Assembly: GCA_963748045.1 (NCBI GenBank)
Contig: CAVVIC010000018.1
Location: forward strand, 37,021-101,020
Direction: 5' to 3'
Length of the DNA stretch: 64,000 nt
Source of the DNA: an uncultured Gammaproteobacteria bacterium
GTDB lineage: Bacteria > Pseudomonadota > Gammaproteobacteria > Steroidobacterales > Rariloculaceae
The position numbers were made by a program, and so were the translations under genes. Positions 62,180 through 64,000 of this stretch are shown piece after piece (positions within the stretch are counted from its first letter, which is position 1; the number at the start of each line of letters is the position of its first letter). Under the pieces are notes generated by a model, which saw only the letters and a program-made list of their open reading frames with translations, was not told where the DNA came from and did no database searches.

Positions 62180-62393
62180 AGCCGACGCACAGCGGACGCG
62201 CGCCGACGACGCCTGGCGCGCCCACAATCTGTCGCAGCTCCTCTATTTCCGATCGCTCTCGCTTCGCGAAAAATTCGAGGCCGTTGAAGGTATGGCTGAG
62301 ATCCTGCAGCTTCTCGAGGGCATGCGCGCTCGAGAGAGATCGAACACTATTCCTGCGGACGAGCCACCGCCATCGCCGCGTAACCCCGACTGA
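62169..62393 (+). CDS. small helical hypothetical protein overlapping the nucleotidyltransferase gene by 11 nt
   Basis: 74 codons from a GTG start. The translation ...AWRAHNLSQLLYFRSLSLREKFEAVEGMAEILQLLEGMRARE... is followed by a Pro-rich tail. Coding status is plausible but unproven. Confidence 0.4.
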   Translation: MGNEADAQRTRADDAWRAHNLSQLLYFRSLSLREKFEAVEGMAEILQLLEGMRARERSNTIPADEPPPSPRNPD

Positions 62394-62416
62394 CAACGCT
62401 CTTTGCGGAGTCGATG

Positions 62417-64000
62417 CTACTTGTCGGTAACCCCATCGCGCGCGCGCACCCGTTGCCGCAACTCCTCGAGCTGTGCCGGCGTGCCGGCGAACAGCCTTTC
62501 GGGGAACGTGGGGGACCTCGCGCTCAGGGCGCGCAGGATCTCGCCGGCCCGGTTGGCGTTCAGCTGCGCGCCGGCCAGGTATTGCAAGCGTAGGTTGCGG
62601 TCGGTGTTGATCGCGGCGCCCGGCAGCCAAGCCGTCATGTCGCTGGCCTGGCCCGCGAACGTGCCGACGAGATCGAGAGCCGACGTCGAATCCGACCTGG
62701 CGCAGCGAGGCCGCGACGTCGGCGTACTCGGCACTGCCGAGCCGTGCGCCGAGCCGCTCGACGTCGATCGGCGCGTCGCCGGCGCGGCCGAGCAGCACGG
62801 CGTCGTAACCCATGCCGTCGACGCGGTTCGCGAACAGCGCGCCGTTCGGGAACACGCTGAAGAACGTCGCGATCTCGCTCTGCACGGCGGCCGCGTCCGT
62901 CTCGTACAGCTGCACGAACGCGGTCACGACTCCGCCGTCGTTCAGGTGCGCCTTCGCGAGCTGCCAGAACTCGCGCGTGTAGAGCGTCGCGGCGCCTTTG
63001 ACCCACGGGTCGAGCGGGTCCGACGTGATCGCATCGAACTTGCGGCTCGTCGTCGCGAGATAGTGGCGGCCGTCGTCGATGCGGATCTCGACCTTCGGGT
63101 TCGTGCACGACGCCGAAGTTGTGCGCGGCGAAGAACTGCGCCGCGAGCGGCGGCACGAGCGGCTCGATCTCGGCGACGACGACGCGCTCGACCGCCGGGT
63201 CGATGCTGACGGCGCCCGCCGTGATGCCGGCGCCGAGGCCGATCACGAGCACGTCGGCCGGCTTGTCCGCGACGAGCGTGCTCAGGTGCCCGAGCATGCG
63301 TTGCAGGCGCAGATCCTGCGGATACGTCGAGGCCTGCGTCTTGCCGGCGTTGTGATACGTCAGCACGCCACTCGGCTCGCGCGTGACGGCGACCGACGCC
63401 GTGAGCCCTTCGCCGACGTACACCACGTTCGCACCGACGCCGCGCGTCGGCAGGAAACGACCGTACGCCACGAGCTCGGGCGGCAACGCGGGCACGGAGT
63501 ACGCGAGCGCAACGGCGACCGCGGCGGCAATCACCGCCTGCGTCGCGCACCTGCGCCCCGCAGCCGGCCGAGAGCCACAGCGCCACGCCGACGGCCGCGG
63601 CGAGCACCACCGCGAGCTGCTGCGCGCGCTGGCTGCCGAGCCCGGGGACGAGCACGAAGCGTCGTGAGCAGCGCGCCCGCGATCGCGCCCGCCGTGTTCA
63701 CGGCGTAGACGCGCGCGACGGCCCGGCGCGAGTCCGTCGCAGGCGCGGCGACCGCGGCCAGCGCGAGCGGAAACGACGCGCCCCAGAGCAGCGCGGCGGG
63801 CAGCACCGCGAACGCAACGCGCAGCGCGTCGAGCTCGAGCGCCACGCTCGGCGGGCGTGGGCAGCGCAACGTCGAGCGGCCAGTACGGCAGCGACCGCGC
63901 GATCGCGTAAGCGGCCCACGCGATCGCGGCGGCCAGCAGCCACTGGCATACCGCCAGCGCACGGCGCGGATCGAGTCGCGCACCGAGCGCAGCGCCCGCG
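62417..64000 (-). pseudogene. spermidine synthase-like methyltransferase-fold domain fused to an N-terminal polytopic membrane domain (5' end outside the window), several frame interruptions
   Basis: Fragments are ...ADVLVIGLGAGITAGAVSIDPAVERVVVAEIEPLV... (SAM/aminopropyl-transferase fold), ...GGVVTAFVQLYETDAAAVQSEIATFFSVFPNGALFAN..., and the C-terminal ...TDRNLRLQYLAGAQLN...*. Upstream (63531 to the window end) are TM-like fragments ...AFAVLPAALLWGASFPLALAA.... Confidence 0.6.

Overview
High-GC (about two-thirds G+C by eye) chromosomal segment. It looks gammaproteobacterial from synteny: polA-engB-cytochrome c4-dsbA, divergent pspF/pspABC with a sigma-54 promoter, E. coli-type fadE, gspA-gspB, tatABC-dtd. 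The exact taxon cannot be proven from the sequence. I support about 65 protein-coding genes. I found no rRNA, tRNA, CRISPR array, IS element or integrase. Main blocks: pyrB 3' end, qor, gshA, a bactofilin, a HAMP-PAS-GGDEF-EAL protein, the psp regulon, mdh, fadE, gspAB, an ABC-2 exporter plus SRAP peptidase, an 11-kb tightly coupled array argR-argG-X-argC-argD-argF'-argB-argH-lptM-polA, tatABC-OPT-aminotransferase, azurin plus an aa3-type oxidase cluster with two subunit-III genes, a four-gene periplasmic module, an IorAB-like molybdoenzyme, a Ser/Thr kinase-PD40 propeller gene, and a minimal nucleotidyltransferase pair. Most second-look-worthy: (1) a divergently arranged FlhD-like (apparently internally duplicated) / FlhC-like regulator pair with no flagellar genes in the window; (2) an unassigned P-loop protein (X) translationally coupled inside the arginine operon at the position where an N-acyl-glutamate synthase would be expected, next to an acyl-ornithine-type carbamoyltransferase whose specificity residue is neither of the two known states; (3) a four-gene secreted module with a mature N-terminal His-His protein, two paralogues and an MBL hydrolase. 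Caveat for everything: the window carries roughly 45-50 apparent single-base frameshifts, nearly all behaving as +1 insertions. About 30 of them fall in the last 12 kb and several hit housekeeping genes, so I read them mainly as assembly indels. I type the affected genes as pseudogene because that is what the sequence literally shows. All family calls are by-eye motif and alignment recognition from memory; no searches were run.
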